Below, piece after piece: positions 28,262 through 36,703 of a DNA stretch of 64,000 bases (the stretch's first letter is position 1; the number at the start of each line of letters is the position of its first letter). Source of the DNA: Eubacteriales bacterium. GTDB lineage: Bacteria > Bacillota > Clostridia > Oscillospirales > CAG-382. Location of the stretch: NCBI GenBank assembly GCA_045542335.1, contig JAZQKV010000017.1, positions 12,169-76,168 of the forward strand, given 5' to 3'. The notes below the pieces were generated by a model. It did no database searches. It saw only the letters and a program-made list of their open reading frames with translations, and was not told where the DNA came from. Both the position numbers and the translations under genes were made by a program.

Positions 28262-29806
28262 ATGAAAAGAAGGATGGTGTTTACAATGGATAAGATGTTT
28301 GATATTGACGCAGGTAATGTCAAGGTTGCACAGCTTGACGAGCTTGAAGCAAAGAGGGTTGCAGAGATAAGAAACACTCCAAACAAGGATTTCACAGGAT
28401 TTGGAGGGAAATTCTTCTATGTTTCTCAGAGCGGTAATGATACAAATTCCGGAAGAAGCAAGAAGGATCCCATAAAGAGCATAAACCGCGCACTTATGCT
28501 TGCAGCTGCAGGCGACGCAGTTCTTCTTGAAAGAGGCGGCTGTTGGAGAGAAAAAATTATTATCCCCGGCGGAGTTACTCTCAGCGCATATGGCGAAGGC
28601 AAAAAGCCGATTATCAGCGGTTCACCCGAAAACGGTGCAGATCCCGAAAAGTGGATGCTTGTGAGCGATGAGAAAGATTCAAAAAAGGTGTGGAAATACG
28701 TCAACGAGGCAATGCTTGATGTAGGAAGTATTTTCTTTGACGGCGGCGATGATTTCAGCTACAAGGGATATGCAAAAAAGGCTCTTCCAAATTACAGAGC
28801 AGGAAAGTTTAGATGCGTTGACAATCCCGAAAAAGAATACAATCCTTGCGAGAAGCTTGATAATCTTGAGTTTTTCCATGCGGCGGATTCCGAGCTTAAC
28901 GGCGAATATATTGCAACTGACAGAGCCTGCGGTCCTCTTTATCTGAGATGCGATGCAGGAAATCCCGGTGAAATCTATTCGCAGATTGAGTTTAACACAA
29001 AGGGTAACAATATTCGGGTGAAAGGCGATCAGATAACTGTTGACAACATTTGTATTGTTCACACAGGAAGTCATGGTATAGGCACAGGCACAATAAGCGG
29101 TCTTACGGTTACAAACTGCGAGGTGGGTTGGATAGGCGGCTCGATTCAGTCGTATGTGAGAAACGAGGTTGGTTCTTGCTTCCGCTTTGGAAACGGCATT
29201 GAAATTTATGGTGGTTGCAAGGATTACACCATCGAGAACTGCTATGTTCACAACTGCTATGATGCAGGTATCACCCATCAGTACAGCAGAAACGCCAAGG
29301 GTGACTGTATCATGGACGACGTGCTTTACAAGGACAATGTTATCACGGATTGCGTTTACAACATTGAGTATTTCCACAGCGAGTATGTGGGTTATGTGAG
29401 AACGGGCAAGAATATTCTCATGGAGGGCAATCTTCTTCGCCGTGCAGGTTGGGGCTTTGGCTCGACACGTCCCAACGGGCACGCCCAGGGACACATACGC
29501 TCCGGCGGAGAATCAAATCCGTTCAAGAATTTTGTTATCAAAGACAACATTTTTGACAGAAGCGTTGCATATCTTGTTCAGTGTGAAACCCAGGCTGAAG
29601 AATACATTCCCAAAATGCAGGGTAACACTTACATTCAGGGCGTTGAAAACAGACTTTGCCATTTTGGTGTGCCGTCACAGTGGGCAAGCATGGATGATGA
29701 CACTTATGACCACATCAAGAATCTCCTTAAGGACGAGGATGCAAAGGTTTATTTTGTTGAACACATTCCGTATTATGAGTTCAAGGAATATAACGGCGAA
29801 AAGTAA
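28262..29806 (+). CDS. Leaderless stand-alone beta-helix protein (paralogue 3)
   Basis: 514 aa with no signal peptide. It begins at the same helix that follows the SLH region in paralogues 1 and 2 (DAGNVKVAQLDELEAKRVAEIRNTP). The core has GSHGIGTG, WIGGSIQ, RFGNGIEIYGGC and YDAGITHQ. The start could instead be the in-frame ATG at 28286. Confidence 0.8.
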   Translation: MKRRMVFTMDKMFDIDAGNVKVAQLDELEAKRVAEIRNTPNKDFTGFGGKFFYVSQSGNDTNSGRSKKDPIKSINRALMLAAAGDAVLLERGGCWREKIIIPGGVTLSAYGEGKKPIISGSPENGADPEKWMLVSDEKDSKKVWKYVNEAMLDVGSIFFDGGDDFSYKGYAKKALPNYRAGKFRCVDNPEKEYNPCEKLDNLEFFHAADSELNGEYIATDRACGPLYLRCDAGNPGEIYSQIEFNTKGNNIRVKGDQITVDNICIVHTGSHGIGTGTISGLTVTNCEVGWIGGSIQSYVRNEVGSCFRFGNGIEIYGGCKDYTIENCYVHNCYDAGITHQYSRNAKGDCIMDDVLYKDNVITDCVYNIEYFHSEYVGYVRTGKNILMEGNLLRRAGWGFGSTRPNGHAQGHIRSGGESNPFKNFVIKDNIFDRSVAYLVQCETQAEEYIPKMQGNTYIQGVENRLCHFGVPSQWASMDDDTYDHIKNLLKDEDAKVYFVEHIPYYEFKEYNGEK

Positions 29807-29908
29807 TTGTCATGTGAATGGTTGTTTTATTTGGAATACAGGCAGGGAAAGGTGCTTTTGAAAGGACTTTTCTGCGAAAATTTTATAAATTCAGAAAGGA
29901 AATTTGTC

Positions 29909-31462
29909 ATGAAAAAATCGGTTCGTTTTGTCGCAATGATGATTGTTGTTGCAATGTCGCTTTCAATGTTTGTTTCGGCGGTGAGCCTTGATGCTCTTAA
30001 AAAAGCTCCCCTTTCGTTTGAGGGAAACGGTACTTTTTACATGACGCTTGATGAGCCTCTCGGACTTTTGAGCCACCCGGATGTTGTGGCTTCGGTAAAC
30101 GAGGAGATTTCTCCCTTTGGCGTTGACCTTGCTCTTCTTGTTGACTCGCTTTTTGGCTCAAAGTTTGATTATACAGTTAAAACAAATGTGTCCGAGGACT
30201 ATAAAAAGGGCGAAATGTATGTGAAATATGCTTATCACATTCCTGCTCAACCCGATGACAAATTCAAAATTCAGGTTGATGCGCTTCTTGAAATGTGGGC
30301 AAACTTTGACCTTTCAAACCCCGATGATCCAAAGGCAAAGATTATTATTGATTATCCTATGACAGGCAAATATATTGTATTTGACCTTGCGGATTTGATT
30401 GACGGGGAGACTGGCAAGGAAGAACTCAAGGTTGTTATGCAATATATCACAAAGGTGATTGACCCCGAGTATATAAGCAGTTACAACGATAAGGCTCTTG
30501 AGATAATTGCAAAGCACGCACAGGTTAAGACAAGACTTTCAAGAATTGAAATCAGCCTTGACAACAATGGCTTCGCAGGACTTATGGGAGATTCCTTCGG
30601 ACTTTATGCAGAGATGGTTCAGGACATGGTCGGCGAGGCTCTTCCCGAAGAACAGCTTTCCGAGGTTGCTCAGATTCAGCAGATGTTGCCTGCAATTCTT
30701 GGCGCAGTAAATATTCTTGGCGAAAACGGCATTAAAATGGAGTATATTTTCAATCACAAGGGTGTTATCAAGGCAGAGAGAGCTTCGGTTAATGTCAATA
30801 TCAACCTTTATGACATTCTGACAAGCATGGGCGTTCCTGAAATCATGCTTGGCGTTATAACAAAGGACAATTCCACCCTTGCTTTCACGACTTATGCAGA
30901 TGCAAATTATACTGCTGTAAACGACGAGGTTGAAATTGAATATCCTGTTCTTACCGAAGAAAACACCTACAATATCGCAGATGAATTTGCGGGAGGTTTT
31001 GCGCAACCCGAACCCGATTTCCCTGCAACCGAGGAAGTTGAGTATAACGACATTTCTATTTTGACAGAGGAGTTCTTCCTTGCGGATTCAACACTTTACT
31101 TCCCATATGAGAGTGTTGCCAGCGAAAACAACTCCTCAAGCGCAAATGACAAGCTTTTTGAGCAGATTAAGCCTCAGCTTGCCGATGGTTTGACAAAGCT
31201 TGTTCTCAAGGATGAAAACGGCGTTGAAAAGGAGATTTCGTTGCAGGCTCCCGTTGTTGAAAAGGACGGAAAGCTTTATGTTGACATCTCCTTTGTAAAG
31301 AGTGTGTTTGAACAGGAGCTCAGTTTTGCAGATTATATGCCTGAATATGGTCTTGGAGTTTATTTCTATGAACTTGACCCGGATTTTCTGCTTGGTTATG
31401 AGGGCGGAGAAGTTTCGGTTGAGGCAGATGAAGTTACTGTTGCAGAGGTTGTTGCAGGCTGA
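29909..31462 (+). CDS. Secreted protein of unknown function, acidic, with a C-terminal stalk-like segment
   Basis: The signal peptide MKKSVRFVAMMIVVAMSLSMFVSA sits behind a GAAAGGAAA RBS. The track ORF start at 29807 is a TTG with no RBS. I recognise no catalytic motif. The C-terminus (...EISLQAPVVEKDGKLYVDISFVKSVFEQELSF) resembles copper-amine-oxidase-N-like stalk domains. Confidence 0.55.
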   Translation: MKKSVRFVAMMIVVAMSLSMFVSAVSLDALKKAPLSFEGNGTFYMTLDEPLGLLSHPDVVASVNEEISPFGVDLALLVDSLFGSKFDYTVKTNVSEDYKKGEMYVKYAYHIPAQPDDKFKIQVDALLEMWANFDLSNPDDPKAKIIIDYPMTGKYIVFDLADLIDGETGKEELKVVMQYITKVIDPEYISSYNDKALEIIAKHAQVKTRLSRIEISLDNNGFAGLMGDSFGLYAEMVQDMVGEALPEEQLSEVAQIQQMLPAILGAVNILGENGIKMEYIFNHKGVIKAERASVNVNINLYDILTSMGVPEIMLGVITKDNSTLAFTTYADANYTAVNDEVEIEYPVLTEENTYNIADEFAGGFAQPEPDFPATEEVEYNDISILTEEFFLADSTLYFPYESVASENNSSSANDKLFEQIKPQLADGLTKLVLKDENGVEKEISLQAPVVEKDGKLYVDISFVKSVFEQELSFADYMPEYGLGVYFYELDPDFLLGYEGGEVSVEADEVTVAEVVAG

Positions 31463-31511
31463 TTTGGGTTTGTTTGAACGGCTAAAACAGAGTGATATTT
31501 CAATAAGGTTT

Positions 31512-31547
31512 AAGGTGCTGTGTCGGTTTGGATACAGCACCTTTTTT
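31512..31547 (+). terminator. Intrinsic terminator after the 29909-31462 gene
   Basis: A 10-bp stem (aaggtgctgt / acagcacctt) runs into tttttt. Confidence 0.7.
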
Positions 31548-31548
31548 G

Positions 31549-31592
31549 CATCAAAATAAAAAGTCCCTGCTACGCACACGGCGTAACAGGGA
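31549..31592 (-). terminator. Intrinsic terminator of recR (minus strand)
   Basis: The minus strand has tccctgttacgc...gcgtagcaggga followed by ctttttatttt. Confidence 0.6.
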
Positions 31593-31611
31593 TTCTCTTT
31601 GTAATGTCTGA

Positions 31612-32238
31612 TTAAAGCTCTCGTCTGCCTTCAATTGCTTTGAAAAGTGTTACCTCATCGGCATATTCAAGGTCTCCGCCAACAGGGATTCCATAGGCAA
31701 GACGTGTTGTTTTTGCGCCTAACGGCTTTACGAGCTTTGAAATGTAAATTGCTGTTGCCTCTCCCTCAACATTGGGGTTTGTTGCAAGGATAAGTTCAAC
31801 AGGTACATCGGGCTTTTCGCTCACAAGCTCGCCCACTCTTGCAACAAGCTCTTTAACCGTGATTTCGTCGGGACCAATTCCGTTCATGGGCGAAATAACG
31901 CCATGAAGAACATGGTAAACGCCGTTGTATTCACGGATTCTGTCCAGGGATGCCACATCTCTTGGATCTTCAAGCACGCATATGAGCCTGTGGTCACGGG
32001 TGCTGTCGGCACACACATGACAAAGCTCTGTTTCGCTTATATTCATGCAGCAACGGCATCTTGTTGTGTTTTCCTTTGCATCGACAATTGCGGCGGCAAA
32101 ATCCTTTGCCTCCTCTGCGCTCATGTCAAGAACGGAAAATGCCATTCGATAGGCTGATTTTTTTCCGACTCCCGGAAGCTTGCGGAACTTCTCTGCAAGC
32201 CTGTCAACGGGAGACATTCTCTGTCCCTTTGCCGGCAT
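31612..32238 (-). CDS. recR: Recombination protein RecR
   Basis: HhH N-terminus (LPGVGKKSAYRMAF), C4 zinc finger CRCCMNISETELCHVC and a Toprim segment, in 208 aa. Confidence 0.95.
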   Translation of the reverse strand: MPAKGQRMSPVDRLAEKFRKLPGVGKKSAYRMAFSVLDMSAEEAKDFAAAIVDAKENTTRCRCCMNISETELCHVCADSTRDHRLICVLEDPRDVASLDRIREYNGVYHVLHGVISPMNGIGPDEITVKELVARVGELVSEKPDVPVELILATNPNVEGEATAIYISKLVKPLGAKTTRLAYGIPVGGDLEYADEVTLFKAIEGRREL

Positions 32239-32585
32239 CAGAAAAGACCGGGCATGGAGATGCTGCCTGTCACCTTGTTCATTTCATCGGCATTTGTTGA
32301 TTCAACCTTTTTGATAGCCTCATTAACTGCCGCAACAAGGGTGTCTTCAAGGGTTTCGATGTCGTCGGGGTCAACAATATCCTCGGAAAGAGTTATTGAA
32401 ATAATCTCTTTCTTGCCGTTTATTTTAACGTTGACTGCTCCGCCACCGCTTGAAACCTCATATTCCTTTTCGTTAAGCTCGCCCTGGAGCTTTTCCATGT
32501 CCTCTTGCATTTTCTGCGCCTGCTTGATGATGGACTGCATATTCTGAGGACCGCCGCCCATTCCCTTGGGAAGTCTTGCTTTCAT
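32238..32585 (-). CDS. ybaB: YbaB/EbfC nucleoid-associated protein
   Basis: 115 aa reading ...NMQSIIKQAQKMQEDMEKLQGELNEKEYEVSSGGGAVNVKINGKKEI.... Its stop overlaps the recR start by 1 nt. Confidence 0.9.
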   Translation of the reverse strand: MKARLPKGMGGGPQNMQSIIKQAQKMQEDMEKLQGELNEKEYEVSSGGGAVNVKINGKKEIISITLSEDIVDPDDIETLEDTLVAAVNEAIKKVESTNADEMNKVTGSISMPGLF

Positions 32586-32636
32586 TTTTATTCATCCTTT
32601 CAAAGTGATTTGTGTGTTTCATTATGGTCGAAGTTC

Positions 32637-32665
32637 ATTATAACACACTTTTTTTCAAAACGCAA
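32637..32665 (-). promoter_or_regulatory. Sigma-A promoter for ybaB-recR
   Basis: The minus strand reads TTGCGT-N17-TATAAT with a TGt extended -10, about 50 nt upstream of the ybaB ATG. Confidence 0.5.
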
Positions 32666-32764
32666 GTGTTTCGACGAATAATTCACAATTGATGGTGTAC
32701 AATTCACAATTGAACGCCGCAATTCCGGAGTGCATTTGAAATGTCGGTTGTCGACTCACACCTC

Positions 32765-32793
32765 TTGACAACTTCCGCAAAATATGCTATAAT
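32765..32793 (+). promoter_or_regulatory. Perfect consensus sigma-A promoter about 215 nt upstream of mfd
   Basis: TTGACA (32765-32770), a 17-nt spacer, then TATAAT (32788-32793). Confidence 0.6.
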
Positions 32794-33006
32794 ACAACTC
32801 GATTGGTTTTAATGACATTCAGTCATTTTTGTCGGAGAAAACTATGTTTGCCGACCTTTACCACATTATACCCCATTTATTTGTGCTTGTCAATAGCGTT
32901 TTCAAATAAAAAAACAACCCTCGCACCCATCAAAGGGCTGCCGAGGGCATTTGGCGTTTAAAGAAAAATAACCTGCAAATAATACTACACATCGGAGGTG
33001 GACAAA

Positions 33007-36000
33007 ATGCACACTGTTTCAGGGACAAACAAAAATCTCACTCTCGAATTGCTGAAGAATATGCTTTCGGGAGAGCGCGAGTATGGCGAGCTTGCGGAGA
33101 ATCTTTCTGCTTTTTCCCGTGGCGGCAAGGCGTTCAGACAGGGGGCGGCTTATGCTTCGGGACTTTGCGACACGCTTCGTGCTTTGCTTTTTTGTATGCT
33201 TGCCGGGGACGAAAAGGTGTCCGGAAAAGGCAAAACAAGCCTTGTGCTTGTCCCCGACGAAAAGACGGCTTTTAAATACAGAAAAATGCTTTGCGCAATG
33301 ACGGACGGTGTTTATGTTTTTCCGCAGAGAGATTTTGTTTTGCATAATGTAAATGCCGCTTCCCGTGAGTTTGAGCATGAAAGAATGCTTGTGCTCAAAA
33401 GGATTCTTGACGGCTCGGCAAATATTGTTATCGCCGTTCCGCAGGCGGCTCTCGGAGTTGTTCCGTCACCGGAGGATATGCAGAGAAGTGTGACCATAAA
33501 AAGTGGTACAGAGATTTCAGTTGAAAGTCTTGCCGAGGAGCTTATTTGCTATGGTTATTCGGCGGCAGATTCAGTTGAGGGAAAGGGTCAGTTTGCAAGG
33601 CGAGGGGACATTTTTGATGTTTTTCCGCCTGCAGAGGATTCTCCCATAAGAATCGAGTTTTTTGGTGACGAGGTTGACACGGTCAACCATTTTGACCTCA
33701 TGACCCAACGCCGCACAGAGTCGGTTGACAGTATTGAGATTACTCCCACGAGAGAGCTTCTTCTTTCGGGCGAGGATATGGAAAAAATTGACCGTGAGAT
33801 TTCGGAGCTGATTGCAAAGCTTGTTAAGAAGCGTGAAACAGTAAGAACAAAAGACGTTATAAAATCAACGGATATGCGTGATGCCGCCGACAGACTTCGT
33901 GGCGAAAGAGAAGCTATTTCACTCGGGAATCTGCCTTGCACCGACAAGTATCTTGCAATGCTCGGCAAGAATACGCACAGCCTTTTTGACTATATTGACG
34001 GCGCAATTTTTGCCGTTGAGCTTCCCGACATCAAAAACACAATTAAAAATGCTTTGTGGCAGCTCAGCGAAAGTATGCTCGGACTTTATGAAAACGGTGA
34101 GGCGGCAAGCGGAAGTGCGGACCTGATGCGTGATTTTGAATTTCTTGCAGATTGTATCACAAAGCATCCCACCGTTATTTGCGACACCTTTACCGCTGAC
34201 ACCGGCGTTTCGCTTTCGGGACTTTTCAGCTTTGTTTCAAAGGACATCGGCTCTTTCACCGACAGTACCGACATTCTTGTTGAAGACCTTGAAACCTATA
34301 CCGAAAACGGATATACCACTGTTATTATGACAGGAAGCGCACATAGTGCCGCAGTTCTTTCGGCGACGCTTTCCGAGCGTTTCGAGGGCACAGATGTTAA
34401 ACCTGTCTGCGTGAGCGCAGGTGAAATATGCGGAAAAACGCTTTCAAACGGTGTTGTTTATATTGTTGCGGCGGATGCGGGAGATTCGACGGCGAAAAAC
34501 GACAAAAATCTTGCCGTTCTTCCCGGATTTGAATTAAGGCGCAGTAAAATTGCCGTGCTTTCCGAAGGAAGCTCCAACGACGTAAATGGCAAGCGAAAAA
34601 GACGTTCATCTTATTCGAGCAAGGGAAAAGCCGGCGCAAAGCGTATTCTTTCCTATGCCGACCTTTCTGTTGGAGATTATGTTGTCCATTCGGCACACGG
34701 AATTGGCAGATATGAGGGACTCCGCACACTTACCTCTGACGGCAAGACCCGTGATTACATCACGCTTACCTATGACAGGGGAGATACTGTTTATGTGCCT
34801 GCCGATCAGCTTGACAGAGTTTCAAAGTATGCAGGCGGCAGCGAAACTGTCAAGCTTTCAAGGCTTGGCTCAAAGGATTGGGAAAAGACAAAGACAAGGG
34901 TGAAAACTGCCGCCAAAAATATGGCAAAGGAGCTTATCGAGCTTTATGCTTCCAGGGCAAGGCTTCCGGGGTATGCTTTTAACCCCGACGGAGAGTGGCA
35001 AAAGGATTTTGAGGCAAGATTTCCTTATGAAGAAACTGACGGTCAGCTTGAAGCCTCTGCCGAAATAAAAAAGGATATGGAAAAGAACTGTCCCATGGAC
35101 AGAATTCTTTGCGGTGACGTTGGATTCGGCAAAACAGAGGTTGCTCTTCGGGCAATGTTCAAATGCGTTTCCGAGGGCAAGCAGGCGGCAATTCTTGTGC
35201 CCACAACCATTCTTGCATGGCAGCATTTCAGAACAATTCTTTCCCGTATGCAGGGATTCCCTGTAAACGTGGAAATGATTTCACGCTTCAGAAGTGCAAA
35301 GCAGATTAAAGAAATACTCAAAAAACTCAAAAGCGGAGAGCTTGATATTATTGTCGGAACACACAGGCTGCTTTCAAAGGATGTTGAATTCAAAGACCTT
35401 GGACTTCTTGTTGTTGACGAGGAACAGCGTTTCGGAGTTTCCCACAAGGAAAAACTCAAGCAGATGACAAAATGCGTTGATGTGCTCACCCTTTCTGCAA
35501 CGCCCATTCCCAGAACTCTCAATATGGCAATGGCAGGAATCCGGGATATGTCGGTGCTTGAGGAAGCCCCTCAAGACAGATACCCCGTTCAGACCTATGT
35601 TCTTGAATATGACCGTGAAATAATCATGGATGCAATCCGCAAGGAGTTAAGACGTGGAGGACAGGTTTTTTACCTGAGAAACATTATCGAGGGAATTGAA
35701 TCGGTTGCCGCAGAAATCAAGGCGGCGGTCCCCGATGCCGAGGTTGCGATTGCCCACGGCAAAATGACAGAAGAAGAACTGTCGGATATCTGGAAGGGGC
35801 TTGTGGACGGAGATATTGACGTTCTTGTCTGCACAACCATAATTGAAACAGGCGTTGACGTTCCTAATGCCAACACACTTATTATCGAAAATGCTGACCG
35901 AATGGGACTTTCACAGCTTCATCAGATACGAGGACGTGTGGGGCGTTCAAACAGGCGTGCATATGCATATCTCACCTGGAAAAGGGGAGCTGTGCTTGCA

Positions 36001-36654
36001 GAGGTGGCAAAAAAGAGACTTGATGCAATCCGTGAATACACGGAATTCGGGTCCGGATTTAAAATTGCTATGCGTGACCTTGAAATCAGAGGCGCAGGAA
36101 ACCTTCTTGGCGCAGAGCAGTCGGGGCACATGGAGGCGGTTGGGTATGACCTGTATATAAGACTTCTTGAAGAAGCGGTGCTTGAAGAAAAGGGAATTGC
36201 CGTCAAAAAAGAGCCGGATTGTGCGGTTGAGCTTGGCATGAACGCATATATCCCCGAAAGTTATATAAAATCGTTGCCGTCGAGGATTGATGCTTACAAG
36301 CGTATTGCGGCAATTTCCGATGATGAGGGCGTGAGCGATGTTATTGACGAGCTTTGTGACAGATATGGAAATCCGCCTCAATGTGTTGAGAATCTTGTGA
36401 AGATTTCGTCTGTGCGTGTGAAAGGCACAGCTTGCGGATTTTCACGTATTGAGCTTTCCGGCAACAATCTGAAGCTGTTTCCGAGGGTTGCGGCAGACAA
36501 GGCATCATTCGGCAAAATGTTGACGGTTTTCAAGGGCAAAGTGCTTTATACGGCAGGTGTAACACCGCATTTTACCATAAAGCTTTCAGGTGCAGGAGAA
36601 CTTAACGAGGCGTTGGATAAAATATTTACACTTTATACTCAAAAAGAGGAATAA
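33007..36654 (+). CDS. mfd: Transcription-repair coupling factor
   Basis: About 1215 aa with a UvrB-homology N-terminus, a CarD/RNAP-interaction segment (DYVVHSAHGIGRY), helicase Walker A GDVGFGKTEVA, VVDEEQRFGV and a TRCF C-terminal domain. The start is at the ATG 8 nt after GGAGG (the track start 32998 GTG overlaps the RBS). Confidence 0.95.
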   Translation: MHTVSGTNKNLTLELLKNMLSGEREYGELAENLSAFSRGGKAFRQGAAYASGLCDTLRALLFCMLAGDEKVSGKGKTSLVLVPDEKTAFKYRKMLCAMTDGVYVFPQRDFVLHNVNAASREFEHERMLVLKRILDGSANIVIAVPQAALGVVPSPEDMQRSVTIKSGTEISVESLAEELICYGYSAADSVEGKGQFARRGDIFDVFPPAEDSPIRIEFFGDEVDTVNHFDLMTQRRTESVDSIEITPTRELLLSGEDMEKIDREISELIAKLVKKRETVRTKDVIKSTDMRDAADRLRGEREAISLGNLPCTDKYLAMLGKNTHSLFDYIDGAIFAVELPDIKNTIKNALWQLSESMLGLYENGEAASGSADLMRDFEFLADCITKHPTVICDTFTADTGVSLSGLFSFVSKDIGSFTDSTDILVEDLETYTENGYTTVIMTGSAHSAAVLSATLSERFEGTDVKPVCVSAGEICGKTLSNGVVYIVAADAGDSTAKNDKNLAVLPGFELRRSKIAVLSEGSSNDVNGKRKRRSSYSSKGKAGAKRILSYADLSVGDYVVHSAHGIGRYEGLRTLTSDGKTRDYITLTYDRGDTVYVPADQLDRVSKYAGGSETVKLSRLGSKDWEKTKTRVKTAAKNMAKELIELYASRARLPGYAFNPDGEWQKDFEARFPYEETDGQLEASAEIKKDMEKNCPMDRILCGDVGFGKTEVALRAMFKCVSEGKQAAILVPTTILAWQHFRTILSRMQGFPVNVEMISRFRSAKQIKEILKKLKSGELDIIVGTHRLLSKDVEFKDLGLLVVDEEQRFGVSHKEKLKQMTKCVDVLTLSATPIPRTLNMAMAGIRDMSVLEEAPQDRYPVQTYVLEYDREIIMDAIRKELRRGGQVFYLRNIIEGIESVAAEIKAAVPDAEVAIAHGKMTEEELSDIWKGLVDGDIDVLVCTTIIETGVDVPNANTLIIENADRMGLSQLHQIRGRVGRSNRRAYAYLTWKRGAVLAEVAKKRLDAIREYTEFGSGFKIAMRDLEIRGAGNLLGAEQSGHMEAVGYDLYIRLLEEAVLEEKGIAVKKEPDCAVELGMNAYIPESYIKSLPSRIDAYKRIAAISDDEGVSDVIDELCDRYGNPPQCVENLVKISSVRVKGTACGFSRIELSGNNLKLFPRVAADKASFGKMLTVFKGKVLYTAGVTPHFTIKLSGAGELNEALDKIFTLYTQKEE

Positions 36655-36703
36655 TATTTGGTAAAATTTATTGAGCATATAACAGCCGATTGAAAAGAGG
36701 AAA

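Noticed and set aside
29807-29908. N-terminal extension of the secreted protein (track ORF start at 29807), and similar extended track starts at 4117, 5961, 8615, 10092, 13737, 17168, 32998, 48652, 49233, 51260, 57872 and 62893.
   Set aside because: The upstream starts lack an RBS or are non-ATG. In-frame internal ATGs sit at proper spacing behind AGGAGG-like sites and restore canonical N-termini, such as a signal peptide, MADKK of ProRS, MRKLF of MetK and MAEKK of PfkA.
32586-32997. Expected dnaX and SRP RNA (scRNA) upstream of ybaB-recR.
   Set aside because: There is no ORF of dnaX size, and I could not see the conserved SRP domain IV strings. The spacer is instead explained by two divergent promoters, the 13-mer repeats and the small ORF/hairpin candidate.
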